DNA of 64,000 bases from an uncultured Fidelibacterota bacterium (GTDB lineage: Bacteria; Fidelibacterota; Marinisomatia; Marinisomatales; UBA1611): assembly GCA_913040915.1 (NCBI GenBank), contig CAJWHW010000001.1, positions 70,240-134,239 of the forward strand, given 5' to 3'. A program made the position numbers and the translations under genes. Below, in pieces: positions 20,713 to 32,061 of the stretch; the stretch's first letter is position 1; each line of letters opens with the position of its first letter. A model generated the notes under the pieces. The model saw only the letters and a program-made list of their open reading frames with translations, ran no database searches and was not told the DNA's origin.

Positions 20713-21306
20713 CTAATTTAAATTAGAATAAATTGTTTTTGCTTCATTCTCTAACTGTTCTTCTGACCCGTTATTGTGAATTACAAAATCTGCCATTTGT
20801 ATTTTATCTTCGTCTGGCCATTGAAGATCTAAACGTTGTAAGAACTGATCAAGAGTTAATCCACCACGGCTCATTACACGCTCTGTCCGAATTTTAAGTT
20901 GAGATGTAACAACAATCACATAGTCCATGTGCGTGTCTGCACCTGATTCATAGATTAAAGCAGCATCTACAACAAATATTTCATGGTTACCTTGATCTAA
21001 GACTTTATCAAAAGCACTATCAATTTCTAGAAATACGTACGGATGTATAATTGTGTTTAACCGTAATTGATGGTCTTCATCAGAAAAGGCAATCCGGGCT
21101 AATTTTGATTTATCAATTTGATTATTATGCCCCAAAACATCTGTTCCGAATTCTGCAATAATTTCATTTTGAGCTGTCTCATTCTTTTCAAGAATATCTT
21201 TTGATTCTTTATCAGCATCAAAAATATACGCGCCCCAGGATTCAAATAATTTACTCACGGAGCTTTTCCCGGATCCTATCCCTCCAGTAAGACCAATTTT
21301 TAACAT
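20713..21306 (-). CDS. coaE: Dephospho-CoA kinase
   Basis: IGLTGGIGSGKS, DAD, IIHP, ADFVIHN. Confidence 0.94.
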   Translation of the reverse strand: MLKIGLTGGIGSGKSSVSKLFESWGAYIFDADKESKDILEKNETAQNEIIAEFGTDVLGHNNQIDKSKLARIAFSDEDHQLRLNTIIHPYVFLEIDSAFDKVLDQGNHEIFVVDAALIYESGADTHMDYVIVVTSQLKIRTERVMSRGGLTLDQFLQRLDLQWPDEDKIQMADFVIHNNGSEEQLENEAKTIYSNLN

Positions 21307-21307
21307 T

Positions 21308-21868
21308 TTATTTTAAATTTTGTAGAATACGTTTAGTTATTTCAGAAATTTCACCCAGACCATTAATATTAATTAGGATATCTTTTTTCCGATAAAAGTC
21401 TAACAATGGTGCTGTTTGTTCCCAATAGATTTTTTGGCGATTTCGAATTATTTTAGGATTATCGTCACTTCTTCCAGACTCTTTTTTTCTATTTATAAGT
21501 CGCTTAACCAATTCGCTTTCATCTGCAACTAAACTAATTACAAAATCTAAACGATGGCCTTCATTATATAATATTTTTTCCAAGCCCTCTGCTTGTGCCA
21601 GTGTTCTTGGAAAACCATCTAACAAATAGCCATTACTACAGTCAGGTCTTGCAACTCGATCTTTTACAATTTTAATTAATATTTCATCCGGAACAAGGTG
21701 ACCCTTATCTATAAAAGATTTTGCAATGACCCCAACTTTAGATTCTGCTTTAATTTTTAACCTAAGGATTTCTCCTGTAGATAAATGCGTAATATTTAAT
21801 GCATTTATTATCCGTTTAGCCTGGGTGCCTTTCCCGACACCTGGTGGCCCCATTATTGATAGTCTCAT
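21308..21868 (-). CDS. adk: Adenylate kinase (short LID form)
   Basis: GPPGVGKGTQA, HLSTGEILR, LLDGFPRT, RSDD. Confidence 0.92.
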   Translation of the reverse strand: MRLSIMGPPGVGKGTQAKRIINALNITHLSTGEILRLKIKAESKVGVIAKSFIDKGHLVPDEILIKIVKDRVARPDCSNGYLLDGFPRTLAQAEGLEKILYNEGHRLDFVISLVADESELVKRLINRKKESGRSDDNPKIIRNRQKIYWEQTAPLLDFYRKKDILININGLGEISEITKRILQNLK

Positions 21869-21887
21869 GTTCTAATAGCAATTGTTC

Positions 21888-23108
21888 TTAAATTAAAATA
21901 CCTGCAATTGTAGCCGTTAGCCAAGAAGCAATAGCGCCACCAATCATTGCTTTGGATACAAGCTCTGCTAAATCTTTTTTCCTATTAGGTGCAATCCCAC
22001 CAATACCGCCTAATTGAATCCCGATGGATCCAAAATTTGCAAAACCGCACAGGGCATAACTAGCAATAATTGCTGTGCGTTCAGAAATTTGCCCAGAAAC
22101 TAAAATTATTTTTAAATCACTGTAAGCAATCAATTCTGTAAAAGCAATTTTTTTACCCATTAAGGTCCCCATCATAGCAGATTCTTTCCAGGGAACGCCC
22201 ATGGACCAGGCCAACGGCTTAAAAAGAAGTCCCAATAATTGATCAATAGATGTTCCAAGGAAACTCAGTAAGTAATTTAGCATGGCAACAATTGAAATAA
22301 ATGCAACCAGCATAGCTGCTACATTTGCTGCTAATTTCATTCCCTCTGTCGCGCCGTTACCAAGTGCTTCCATGACATTTGAGCTTGATTTTTTAATTTC
22401 AATATTTAGATCACCAATTGTATCTGACGGTTCTGTTTCGGGATAAATAATTTTGGCAATTACAAGTGCTGCAGGAGCCGACATAACGGATGCAGCTAAA
22501 AGATGTCCTGCAATCCCTGGAATATCTGTGAGCCATTTCACATAAATAGCCAATACGCCACCGGCAACTGTAGAAAAACCACCTACCATGACAGCCATCA
22601 GTTCTGATTTGGTCATTGTTTGAATAAAAGGTCGAACCATGAGTGGCGCTTCTGTCTGTCCCACAAAAATATTAGCTGAGACACTCAACGTTTCTGATCC
22701 GCTACTTCCCATTGTTTTTTGCATCAATTTAGAAATTGCTTTAACAACAATTTGAATAAGACCAAAATGATAAAGTACCGACATAAGCGCAGAAAAAAAG
22801 ATTATTGTTGGTAAGGCACGAAATGCAAAGTTGATCAGAGCGACATCAAATCCAACATCTGGGACAAATGAAGTAAATAAAAAATCCCCACCTGCATCAG
22901 AAAAACCGATTAATCTGGAAATAGCTTTATCCAATATTTCGAAAATGGGTTTCCCGACAGGTGTTTTTAAAATAAAAATAGCAATTGAAAGTTGCAAACC
23001 TAAGCCCCATCCAATAAGCCTATAATTTATATTTTTTCTATCGTTGGAAATAGTATAAGCAATACCTAACAATACCACTATCCCAATAATTCCGGTGAAT
23101 CGATCCAT
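21888..23108 (-). CDS. nupC: Concentrative nucleoside transporter (NupC/CNT)
   Basis: LPTIIFFS, NIFVGQTEAPL, ALCGFANFGSIGI. Confidence 0.92.
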   Translation of the reverse strand: MDRFTGIIGIVVLLGIAYTISNDRKNINYRLIGWGLGLQLSIAIFILKTPVGKPIFEILDKAISRLIGFSDAGGDFLFTSFVPDVGFDVALINFAFRALPTIIFFSALMSVLYHFGLIQIVVKAISKLMQKTMGSSGSETLSVSANIFVGQTEAPLMVRPFIQTMTKSELMAVMVGGFSTVAGGVLAIYVKWLTDIPGIAGHLLAASVMSAPAALVIAKIIYPETEPSDTIGDLNIEIKKSSSNVMEALGNGATEGMKLAANVAAMLVAFISIVAMLNYLLSFLGTSIDQLLGLLFKPLAWSMGVPWKESAMMGTLMGKKIAFTELIAYSDLKIILVSGQISERTAIIASYALCGFANFGSIGIQLGGIGGIAPNRKKDLAELVSKAMIGGAIASWLTATIAGILI

Positions 23109-23671
23109 TAAATTTCCTCCGGTGGCTCAAAACAATTTCGACACCGTGCTTCATATTTATCCAATTCGCCAATAACAACTTGTGCAGCATCTTTTGTTAT
23201 CCGTTGAGTGCAAGAAGCTGGATTGCCACATTTCAAGCATATAGCACGCAATTTATCTAAATAATCTGCTTCGCACATCAGTTTCGGCATGGGACCAAAT
23301 GGACGCCCTCTGTAATCGGTATCTAAGCCAGCTACTACTACTCGTTTACCATCGGCGGCTAATTGTTTGCAAACATTTAAAATCGAATTATCAAAAAATT
23401 GTGCTTCATCAATTGCAACTACACTTACCTGTTCGGTCAATGGTATTATTTCCTTTGATGAGTCAACTATATGTGCTTCAAGTTTAAGTTGATTGTGGCT
23501 CACTATATGTGATTCGCTGTATCGAGAATCAATTTTAGGCTTTATAATAATAGTAGACATTTTTGCGATTTGAGATCGGCGGATTCTACGAATCAATTCT
23601 TCAGTTTTACCTGAAAACATACTGCCGCAGATTACTTCTATCCAGCCGGAATCTAACGGAGTAAGCGTCAT
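23108..23671 (-). CDS. tdk: Thymidine kinase
   Basis: GSMFSGKTEEL, IDEAQFF, GLDTDY, YEARCRNC. Confidence 0.96.
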   Translation of the reverse strand: MTLTPLDSGWIEVICGSMFSGKTEELIRRIRRSQIAKMSTIIIKPKIDSRYSESHIVSHNQLKLEAHIVDSSKEIIPLTEQVSVVAIDEAQFFDNSILNVCKQLAADGKRVVVAGLDTDYRGRPFGPMPKLMCEADYLDKLRAICLKCGNPASCTQRITKDAAQVVIGELDKYEARCRNCFEPPEEI

Positions 23672-23714
23672 TATACCTCTTTATTTTAAGTAAAATTATG
23701 AAAAAGGATACGGG

Positions 23715-24098
23715 TCAGGTTAAGTGTGAATCTTCAAATGCATCGGGTAGAATTTCAGAAGACATCACTGTTTTTACCAACCCGACTTTATCACAAATAT
23801 AGATTGGAATTTCTCTACATAGATCCCAGATAACCTGACGACATGCACCGCAGGGTGTCCCACCACTATTAGTCGCTATGGCAAGCGCCTTGAAAGAAGT
23901 ATGACCTTCAGCTATGGCTCGAAATAGAGCTATTCTTTCTGCACAGCAGGTAAGTCCGTAACTGGAAGACTCCACATTACAACCTCCGATTATATCACCA
24001 GATTGTGTTTCCACTGCTGCGCCCACACGAAAATTAGAATAAGGGGCGTGGGAGCGATTTCTCATATCAATGGCAGTTTTAATTAAATTCGTATTCAT
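23715..24098 (-). CDS. cdd: Cytidine deaminase
   Basis: APYSNFRVGAA, CAER, PCGACRQ. Confidence 0.95.
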   Translation of the reverse strand: MNTNLIKTAIDMRNRSHAPYSNFRVGAAVETQSGDIIGGCNVESSSYGLTCCAERIALFRAIAEGHTSFKALAIATNSGGTPCGACRQVIWDLCREIPIYICDKVGLVKTVMSSEILPDAFEDSHLT

Positions 24099-24751
24099 AT
24101 TTTTTCAACTCTGAATTTCTGAAAAAAATTTAAGGTTGCAACTCCTGCAACAAATCCACCAATATGGGCAAACCACGCAACGCCACCTGTGGTATCTACA
24201 CCCAAACTACTTAATCCTCCAGACAATTGCATTAAAAACCAAAGACCAAGGACAATATTTGCAGGCACCACAAATTTAGTAATAAACATAATAATGATGG
24301 CAAAAACATGTACACGTGCCCTTGGGAACCTAATCATATATGCACCTAATACACCTGCAATAGCTCCACTCGCACCGACCATTGGAACCTGTGAATCTGG
24401 ATCTATAATAAATTGGATTAAAGCTGCAATTACTCCACAGACAATGTAGAAAATGAAATATTTGAAATGGCCCAGAATACTTTCTACATTATCGCCGAAA
24501 ATATATAGAAACCACATATTGCCTAAAATATGTGCAAACCCACCATGTATAAACATGGATGTAAAAATTGTGAATGTATTGAATTCGGCAGGCACAAATC
24601 CAAAAGTATAAACAACTGCAATACCCAGCTGGGCATCGCTACCGGAGATTAAAAATTGTCCAAGAAATATTACAGTATTTAGGATAATGATTCCATAGTT
24701 CATAAAAGGGAAAAGAACCCTGGGATTATCATCTTTATATGGGAAAAACAT
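24095..24751 (-). CDS. Rhomboid intramembrane serine protease
   Basis: HILGNM, GASG, AHIGG. Confidence 0.92.
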   Translation of the reverse strand: MFFPYKDDNPRVLFPFMNYGIIILNTVIFLGQFLISGSDAQLGIAVVYTFGFVPAEFNTFTIFTSMFIHGGFAHILGNMWFLYIFGDNVESILGHFKYFIFYIVCGVIAALIQFIIDPDSQVPMVGASGAIAGVLGAYMIRFPRARVHVFAIIIMFITKFVVPANIVLGLWFLMQLSGGLSSLGVDTTGGVAWFAHIGGFVAGVATLNFFQKFRVEKI

Positions 24752-27000
24752 TAATAGACGACAAAATAGCTTGTTTCATATGATTCGTTTCCCATTCGGT
24801 CCCGTACTTTAAAATCTATTTTGTGTTGGCCTTCTGTAAGAAGTTTTTGAAAAGTATAGGAAATTTCTTTCTTTATGGGCTGATATGCATAAAAGACCGG
24901 TAGATCATTGAATAATAAGTCGAATGAATTCTCATCAGAATCAATTCCTGAAATAAGATCATCCACAATAATTTTAATCTTTTTGACATCTTCGATATTG
25001 TATCGGCCACCATCTGCAGGAAAAGTTCTTCTGATTAAGGGTGAGTCCAAATCCTGAATAATAGTGACGGCATCCATTTTGTTTAATTCAGCAGTCAGTA
25101 TTTGTTTTTTATTATTATTCTCTGTGGTAGTGTATACCCATTTCTTTCTTTTTTGATTATAGTAGTAGATGCCTAGATTAGAATGGGCAGCCAAATCTCG
25201 ATCATAACGGATCCCTATTTTGAATTTATTTTTTAAATTAATATCAAAAGGTTGAAGTTGGTAAATTGGTGATAAATGATATCCTTCTGTTATTTTTGGG
25301 AATTCATTTAATTTTTCAATCCAAATAATATTTGTTTGGTAAAATGTATTTTTTTGAGTTTGAATTGAACAATTTCTATCATTGGAAATCACAGTGGATT
25401 CTTGCCCTGGCCCTGTAGCAGTCATTTTATAATGGAACCGGGTTTCTCTTACTTTACCATCGTGATTTAGCTCAATATCGATATATTTCATATTATCAAC
25501 AACATGATGAGACAGTCGTTCAGTGAGAAATGTATTTGGCTGAATTTGATCCATGGGATAGGACATAAATGTATTATCATTTGCAAGCTTAACAGTCGCT
25601 CTGGCAGGCGCATACTGATCCATTTCAACCTGAAAAAAAACACCTCCTCTAGTATTGGAAATTTTGAGTTTAGGACGTACATCTATCACATTTAACCTTG
25701 ATGGTGCAGCTGTCCAATGATATGGGCTGACCATTCCGCCTAGCTGATTTATACCAATAATTTGTAAAATACGATTATGTGTGGATTTCAACGGTATCGT
25801 TATATGGAAATCTTTTTTTACCTGCTCACTATGAATGATTTCTACTTTTTCATCCGGGAAACCGAATGGTGTAAAACTGTATATAACAGCATCTCGAATG
25901 GGTAATCCACCCACTATGGAGGATAAAGCAAGCGTGATAACTTTGTCATCACGTAGTATTTCTGATGCTTTAAGGTTCATGGGAAAGGAGCCCACAATCA
26001 TTCCTTTTACTATAGTTTTGTTTCCTCCTGCATCAAAAATATTGATTGTAACAGTATGAAAGCCTGGGCTTAATCGGAGAACTCCTGTTCCCTCCCCAGC
26101 ATGAATTGAGATTTTTCGATGCTCATCTAGTCGATATAATTTTTGATATTCGCCTAAATTTTGGCGTTTTAAATTATATTGTATTATTGTACTGGCAAGC
26201 TTTCCTTCTTTGAATGGAATCCTCGAATAATCAATTTCAAACTTCAGTTTTCCATCGATTAGCAGTTCTGCACGATGAAACTGATACAAATTATTGGTCC
26301 CTTGTCGTTTATCCACAGCTTGGATTGCAAAAGCAAATTCGCCAAATACACTTATGGTGTCAGCAAAATGATATACTCCAGAATTGTCCCGAAAAAGTGG
26401 CAATGTTTGCATGAGCGGACTGGCATTGATTTGAGCTTCCTGAGAAATAGGAATGAGTGCCAGACGTTTTGGAATGGGTCTAATTTGATCTGGTAGATTA
26501 AAAGCATTAATCAGTGGATTTAGGGGTTCACTTTTCCCATTACGATATTCAAAATGGATATGAGGAGCAAATGAATTTCCTGTATTTCCAGAATACCCGA
26601 TAAGATCGCCCTTTTTCACCTGAAACTCCCTACGGTTGAAATGGGCATCGACATAATAGCTTTGTCGTTTTGCTTGCTGTAAACGCCAGACTTTTTCCAA
26701 AAGCGGGGTAAAGGATTCTAAATGGCCATAAACTACTTCATGGCCTGAAATAGTAGTGAGGTAAAGCGCTTTACCGTACCCATTAAAATTAGAAGTCATT
26801 CGATGGATATATCCATCCTCAACAGCTAAGACCTCCTCACCGGTTACTCCATTTGTTTTGATATCGATACCCATATGAAAATGAGAGTCTCGGTTCTCTC
26901 CAAAATTAGATGAAAAAGTTTTAGTGATTCGTGTGGGCCAGAGTACATCTTGGCTGTACAATCCTGAAATCAGGGAAATGAGAATGAAGTAGCGGTTCAT
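24751..27000 (-). CDS. M23-family metallopeptidase with long C-terminal extension
   Basis: Signal peptide; HMGID, YGHL, SGNTG...PHIHFE. Confidence 0.85.
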   Translation of the reverse strand: MNRYFILISLISGLYSQDVLWPTRITKTFSSNFGENRDSHFHMGIDIKTNGVTGEEVLAVEDGYIHRMTSNFNGYGKALYLTTISGHEVVYGHLESFTPLLEKVWRLQQAKRQSYYVDAHFNRREFQVKKGDLIGYSGNTGNSFAPHIHFEYRNGKSEPLNPLINAFNLPDQIRPIPKRLALIPISQEAQINASPLMQTLPLFRDNSGVYHFADTISVFGEFAFAIQAVDKRQGTNNLYQFHRAELLIDGKLKFEIDYSRIPFKEGKLASTIIQYNLKRQNLGEYQKLYRLDEHRKISIHAGEGTGVLRLSPGFHTVTINIFDAGGNKTIVKGMIVGSFPMNLKASEILRDDKVITLALSSIVGGLPIRDAVIYSFTPFGFPDEKVEIIHSEQVKKDFHITIPLKSTHNRILQIIGINQLGGMVSPYHWTAAPSRLNVIDVRPKLKISNTRGGVFFQVEMDQYAPARATVKLANDNTFMSYPMDQIQPNTFLTERLSHHVVDNMKYIDIELNHDGKVRETRFHYKMTATGPGQESTVISNDRNCSIQTQKNTFYQTNIIWIEKLNEFPKITEGYHLSPIYQLQPFDINLKNKFKIGIRYDRDLAAHSNLGIYYYNQKRKKWVYTTTENNNKKQILTAELNKMDAVTIIQDLDSPLIRRTFPADGGRYNIEDVKKIKIIVDDLISGIDSDENSFDLLFNDLPVFYAYQPIKKEISYTFQKLLTEGQHKIDFKVRDRMGNESYETSYFVVY

Positions 27001-27123
27001 GGAATAAATAATGATGGCAAATATATTCAGGACACATAATGGATTTCAATGAGTGATTTGTTTCCTATTAATACTTAATGTAAACTTTGTAAAATTATTT
27101 TTCAAGAATACCAAGGAGATAAA

Positions 27124-27816
27124 ATGAAGAAAATTTTAACATACATTATGATCATAGCTCTACCAACATCAATTTTTGCTATTGGTGGTCTTGGATTGAG
27201 TGTTAATTCAAGCACTTTTTCTGTAGATGCCGGTAGTTCTGACCTTATGGTAGAAGGCCTAAAAGTGGGTAGCTTTTCCTATGAGGGGTTTGAAAATGGT
27301 GGTGGCTTAGGAGGTTATTTATATTTGGATATTATTCCAATAGTGGATTTAGATATTGAATATAATTTTGTCGGCCAGGTTTATAATTTTACATTTGAGA
27401 ATGCAGTTACATCTTCACAGACGCAAGAGTTTGCATTTCTTGCAGGAAGTATGTTTATAACCATCCAAAAACCAGTTTTCGATTTGGGTATTCCTTTTCT
27501 GGCAAAAGCGAAACTATATGGTGGTCTGGGAATGAATAAAAATGCATCTACTCCCATGGTGAATCAAGAAATGTTAGAAGCTGTATTTGGCGGTGCTACA
27601 AATCTTGAAAGCGGTGAATATGATTATGATGCTGTCACAGAATATTTAAGTGATAACTTAGTTGAAACAACTGGGTTTCATTTTGACGCAGGTGTATTTT
27701 TTAAAGTTCTAACTTTTAGCGGTGCAGTTTATTACAGACAGGTAATCGTCGAAGATGTGATTCCAGGAAATAGTGGATTCGGTAGTATGAATTTTAGGCT
27801 GGGGCTGGGAATTTAA
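27124..27816 (+). CDS. Hypothetical exported protein, probable outer-membrane beta-barrel
   Basis: AAGGAG SD, signal peptide, Gly/aromatic strands, C-terminal FRLGLGI. Confidence 0.6.
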   Translation: MKKILTYIMIIALPTSIFAIGGLGLSVNSSTFSVDAGSSDLMVEGLKVGSFSYEGFENGGGLGGYLYLDIIPIVDLDIEYNFVGQVYNFTFENAVTSSQTQEFAFLAGSMFITIQKPVFDLGIPFLAKAKLYGGLGMNKNASTPMVNQEMLEAVFGGATNLESGEYDYDAVTEYLSDNLVETTGFHFDAGVFFKVLTFSGAVYYRQVIVEDVIPGNSGFGSMNFRLGLGI

Positions 27817-27832
27817 TTTTCAGTTTCTACAT

Positions 27833-27870
27833 AAATAAAATGGGATGAGAAATCGTCCCTTTTTATTTTT
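27833..27870. terminator. Bidirectional intrinsic terminator
   Basis: AAATAAAA-TGGGATGA-GAAA-TCGTCCC-TTTTTATTT between convergent genes. Confidence 0.75.
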
Positions 27871-28747
27871 AGATCTCATTGGTAATGCAATGAATAGAAC
27901 CGCCGCTTAATCCAAACTGAGTAGCAGGCACTATAATTTGCTGAACATCCATTTTAGCTAATCTTTCATTGATTGTATGATCCAAAAATTCATTAGAACT
28001 GAAAAGTAGTCCTGGTAGTGGTAGAGAATTGGCTGCAAAGGAGCCCGGATGTAATGGTGTCCCCAAGGCGTCTTCGATCTGGATATCAATAATGGGAATA
28101 TCCCTTTTTTTGGTAAATTCCATTAATGTTCTGGTTGATTCAGTTGAAACTATTTCCATGCATATTATTAGTGCACAAATTTTACCAGTCGGATTGAATA
28201 CCGGTGTAAAAAATGTATCCAGATGAAATGCATCGCTTTGAATTATAACCAATTCATTTACATTTAAAAATTCTGCAACTGCTTCCGTACCTGATACACT
28301 GTTCCGTCCCTGACCACTAAATAAAATATTATCTGTAGGGCAAAAATAGAATTCACCACCCTCAGCATACATTTCCTGCTTATCAGGTAATTGTACAATC
28401 TCTAAGCTCAGATCTTTTAATATATCCGCAACTAAATTTTTTTCTATTTTCCTTTTCTGCTCTTTCATTTTCAGAATTAAGGCCTTTCCTTTTTGATTTG
28501 TAATGAATGGATCACGTATGAATACAAAATCGTGATTGATCGGACCCTGGTCAAATTCTTCTGGAAAAGGTAACTCAATTACCTCAATATTTCTTTCAGA
28601 AAACACTGAAATCAAATTTGATCTTTCTTTTTCCAGTAGACCCTGATCCGGTTTTGCGCCTAGGCGCATGGCAGGGTTATCATCATATGAGGGGATACCA
28701 TCTCCCCACCATGGAGTTCGTGGTAATTGCGATATTAATAATTTCAT
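27869..28747 (-). CDS. Amidinotransferase / dimethylarginine dimethylaminohydrolase-like (pentein) enzyme
   Basis: VFIRD, EGGE, FHLDT, GGSIHCIT with the catalytic Cys. Confidence 0.8.
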   Translation of the reverse strand: MKLLISQLPRTPWWGDGIPSYDDNPAMRLGAKPDQGLLEKERSNLISVFSERNIEVIELPFPEEFDQGPINHDFVFIRDPFITNQKGKALILKMKEQKRKIEKNLVADILKDLSLEIVQLPDKQEMYAEGGEFYFCPTDNILFSGQGRNSVSGTEAVAEFLNVNELVIIQSDAFHLDTFFTPVFNPTGKICALIICMEIVSTESTRTLMEFTKKRDIPIIDIQIEDALGTPLHPGSFAANSLPLPGLLFSSNEFLDHTINERLAKMDVQQIIVPATQFGLSGGSIHCITNEI

Positions 28748-28889
28748 CTAATGGATTATAAAATTTATCCGGTTTACAAAAGAATATAGAATAGATATCC
28801 CACTATTTTTAAATTGTATTACATCTGATTGAAATTCATTTATTCACTAAAATAGAATTATACTTTTTCACTAGTACCACCTTATTACC

Positions 28890-28914
28890 TTTTTCAATAT
28901 ACCTTATTGAAAAA
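28890..28914. terminator. AT-rich hairpin just downstream of the nuclease gene
   Basis: TTTTTCAATA-TACCT-TATTGAAAAA, a 10-bp perfect inverted repeat. Confidence 0.4.
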
Positions 28915-28915
28915 T

Positions 28916-30886
28916 CTACTTTAGTAAAACCATTTTTTTAGTATGCCTAAATCCTCCTGCTTCGAAACTGCAAAGATATAATCCTGCTGTTGCTAGCTTC
29001 CCACTATTATCAATGCCAGACCAGTTGACTTCTTTATAACCAGCACTTTGCTTTCTATTTATAAGTGTTTTTACCAACCGACCAGTTAGATCATATATTT
29101 TGATGTTTACAAATGCATCTGTCGGTAGTTCATATTTGATTGTAGTGGTTGGATTGAATGGATTAGGATAGTTTTGATGCAATGAAAAGTAATTAGGGTA
29201 GATGCCATAAATATCATTTGAAATATTTTCTACAATGATTGATAAAGTGAAGTTGATTGTATCACCTTCAATACAATAATCAATGTTATTTTCACAATTT
29301 AAAACAGAAGGATAAGCACTAAACTCTACTTCAGTTGAAATTTCCATACTATTTGCGATTACATTCCAATAGACTGAATCACATGTGTTCGCAAACATGC
29401 CATAGAACCAAGATTGATTTTGAATATTAACATAAACTGAATCTGCTTCAAGGATAGCGCCCGGGTAATACATATGGTCGTAATCCGTATTGTTGCAGAA
29501 CTCCATCTTTACTAGTAATGTGTCATATGGATTCCAATTATTATCATTGCCAAGAATTGAAATGATGGGATCACTTAATGCAAAATCCCAAATTATATCT
29601 ATGGGGAAATTCTGTTCGCTGGGTGTACCATAATCCCCATCACCATAGGTAAGGGAGTCGTATTCAACCCAATTACTACTTATTGAATTATCTAAGTCTG
29701 TTCCCAGTAGAGCCATAGAAGCACCATTAGGATCTGGCCAATTAGGACCTCCATCATAGGCAACACTATCAAGGGTATTCCCGTATGGATCAATCAGAAG
29801 TATTTCATCAGCACCATTTGCAAGGGCTATACCTTCATATTTATAGTCTAATTTGATACCCCCATTTATACTTGTATCGCTAACTCTACCTAATGTCGCA
29901 TAAGAAAAAGGACTGACTATTACTGAATCAACTATAAGATGAGAATCTATATCATTATCTTTTATCGTAAACCCATTTAGATCAATCTCTTGATTAGAAT
30001 TATTATAAATTTCGAACCATTCTCCATTTTCATCAGATACGGCTGAAGGGTTTTGCATTATCTCATTAATAACAATATTATATTCTATTGTATCAACAAT
30101 TAATGTATCTGTACCGTCATCATCCATATACCAAATTCTCATTGCAAGGGATGAGTCTAATATAAAAGGATTTGGCTTGTTCTCCTGATATGTTGCAATC
30201 TCCCATGTTCTATTTAATTCCCAATCATCAACAGGATCATAATTGTGCCAATCAATAAGCACATCTTTCTGTTTATTCCAGAAGTTTGTATCGGCTACAT
30301 CATTATACATTGCAAAGAAATAGAATACTGACCTTGATGCATCACCTTTATGGTCTTCACGTGGTTCAAATACTTCATTGTTTGGATCCGGTGGGTTATA
30401 TTTTTCAGCAAACTCATTAATAAATTCATCTGGAATAGTATTTTGAGAATAATCATTTCTATACCAAGTGTCTGTTTCTGCATCTACGATTTCAGCATAG
30501 GGGTCATTTCCACGAGACGAATTAACATTTGATTTACATGGGTAGAGATGATGCATGTCACTTTTTTGCGGTTCATTGCCAGCCCCCATACTTTGTGGGT
30601 AAGTATGTTCACAATTTATTCCCTGATTATATGCATCTGTACTTGGATCTAATGAAGTATCAAGGGTAATTGTATATCCAGAGTATACACATGAAAGTTG
30701 GTTATTTTCCTTAAGATCTATAACACTATATAAAGTATCTCTGGCATTATTATATCCCAATGTAGATGTTGGTTTATAATTATTAACTACGTATTCCAGT
30801 AGTGGTTGTCCTGTAAGTCCTTCTCCAATTATTTCTTGAGAGTAGGAGACAGTAAGTATAAGTAATATGCCGATTCGGTTATTCAA
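28916..30886 (-). CDS. Secreted endonuclease I-family nuclease with lamin-tail domain and FlgD/T9SS-like C-terminal domain
   Basis: NCEHTYPQS, DMHHLYP, NSSRGN, KGDASR, NPF; VINEIMQNP...EWFEIYN (LTD); QNYPNPFNPTT...KKMVLLK. Confidence 0.85.
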   Translation of the reverse strand: MNNRIGILLILTVSYSQEIIGEGLTGQPLLEYVVNNYKPTSTLGYNNARDTLYSVIDLKENNQLSCVYSGYTITLDTSLDPSTDAYNQGINCEHTYPQSMGAGNEPQKSDMHHLYPCKSNVNSSRGNDPYAEIVDAETDTWYRNDYSQNTIPDEFINEFAEKYNPPDPNNEVFEPREDHKGDASRSVFYFFAMYNDVADTNFWNKQKDVLIDWHNYDPVDDWELNRTWEIATYQENKPNPFILDSSLAMRIWYMDDDGTDTLIVDTIEYNIVINEIMQNPSAVSDENGEWFEIYNNSNQEIDLNGFTIKDNDIDSHLIVDSVIVSPFSYATLGRVSDTSINGGIKLDYKYEGIALANGADEILLIDPYGNTLDSVAYDGGPNWPDPNGASMALLGTDLDNSISSNWVEYDSLTYGDGDYGTPSEQNFPIDIIWDFALSDPIISILGNDNNWNPYDTLLVKMEFCNNTDYDHMYYPGAILEADSVYVNIQNQSWFYGMFANTCDSVYWNVIANSMEISTEVEFSAYPSVLNCENNIDYCIEGDTINFTLSIIVENISNDIYGIYPNYFSLHQNYPNPFNPTTTIKYELPTDAFVNIKIYDLTGRLVKTLINRKQSAGYKEVNWSGIDNSGKLATAGLYLCSFEAGGFRHTKKMVLLK

Positions 30887-31093
30887 AATATAATTCCTAT
30901 ATAATCAATTTTATTATTGCAGTCTCTAAACTACATCCATTAAAACAATTATCTAAATGATTAAATAGACTTCATAAACCAAATTTAGAAATATTTAATA
31001 AAAGAAAAATAAAAAGTGTATTGGAAAAACATTCAATAGGATAAATATAAAATCTAAATTCAATGCTGTAGATTTAATAAAAGAAGAAAAGTA

Positions 31094-32002
31094 ATGTACT
31101 TAAAATTAATAAAAACTTTTTTAGTAGTTTTCACTCTTGGAAACCTAAGCTCTCTTTTTTCCCAAGGTTGTAGTGATGCTGGAGTTTGTACATTTAATCC
31201 ATCTAGTTTTAGTACTGAGCCTATAAAAGAGAAAAATAAAATTGTACTTTTAGCCGGATCGAATGGTGTGGGAGAACAAAACATTAATTCATCTCAAATA
31301 ATTATGGCTTATGAACATGTTTTTGACAAATTTAAACTTAATATCAAATCCATATATCAATTACAAAACGGTGAAGTTAGTATTCGTGGTTTCGGAGATT
31401 TATTTATTTTAGGTTCTTATGCAATAAACAATCAATTAAATTTGAATTCTGCTTTAAAAATTCCGTTCAATGGCGGAGACTTAGAGTATGATGGTGTTGG
31501 GCTTCCTATGGCCTATCAGACAAGTTTAGGTACCTTTGATATTTTAGCAGGTGTGTGTTATAATATAAAGGGTTTATCCGTCACTCTTGCTACACAGATA
31601 CCAGTCACACAAAACAACAACACATTTCTTTCTTCACATTCCGATACTACTGAAAAATGGGCTACACTTCCGTCTAGTAATAATTTTAAGCGTAAAGCTG
31701 ATATTTTATTTGATTCTAAATATGGTTTTGATAATCTCATGAACGACTTAGTTTTAGCGCCTGGATTTAATCTTATTTACCATATTGGAAATGACTCCTA
31801 TGATGATGCAATTGGTAATACTGTAGAACATACAGGATCACAAGGTGCCACAATAAATTTAACTTTAAATGCATCCTACAAAATTTCAGAAAGTCTTCAG
31901 GTTACTTTTTTGTTAGGGACTCCTCAGGTTACACGTGATATTAGGCCAGAAGGTTTAACAAGAAGATATGTGATTTCACTTGGCTTGAAACAGTCTTTTT
32001 AG
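31094..32002 (+). CDS. Hypothetical exported beta-barrel-like protein
   Basis: Signal peptide then QGCSDAGVC; GFGD, YQTSLGTFD; C-terminal Phe. Confidence 0.6.
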   Translation: MYLKLIKTFLVVFTLGNLSSLFSQGCSDAGVCTFNPSSFSTEPIKEKNKIVLLAGSNGVGEQNINSSQIIMAYEHVFDKFKLNIKSIYQLQNGEVSIRGFGDLFILGSYAINNQLNLNSALKIPFNGGDLEYDGVGLPMAYQTSLGTFDILAGVCYNIKGLSVTLATQIPVTQNNNTFLSSHSDTTEKWATLPSSNNFKRKADILFDSKYGFDNLMNDLVLAPGFNLIYHIGNDSYDDAIGNTVEHTGSQGATINLTLNASYKISESLQVTFLLGTPQVTRDIRPEGLTRRYVISLGLKQSF

Positions 32003-32061
32003 ATTGTAATTAGCTAATTCTTATAAAAGGAAGATTTAATCATATTTTATATAAACTATAT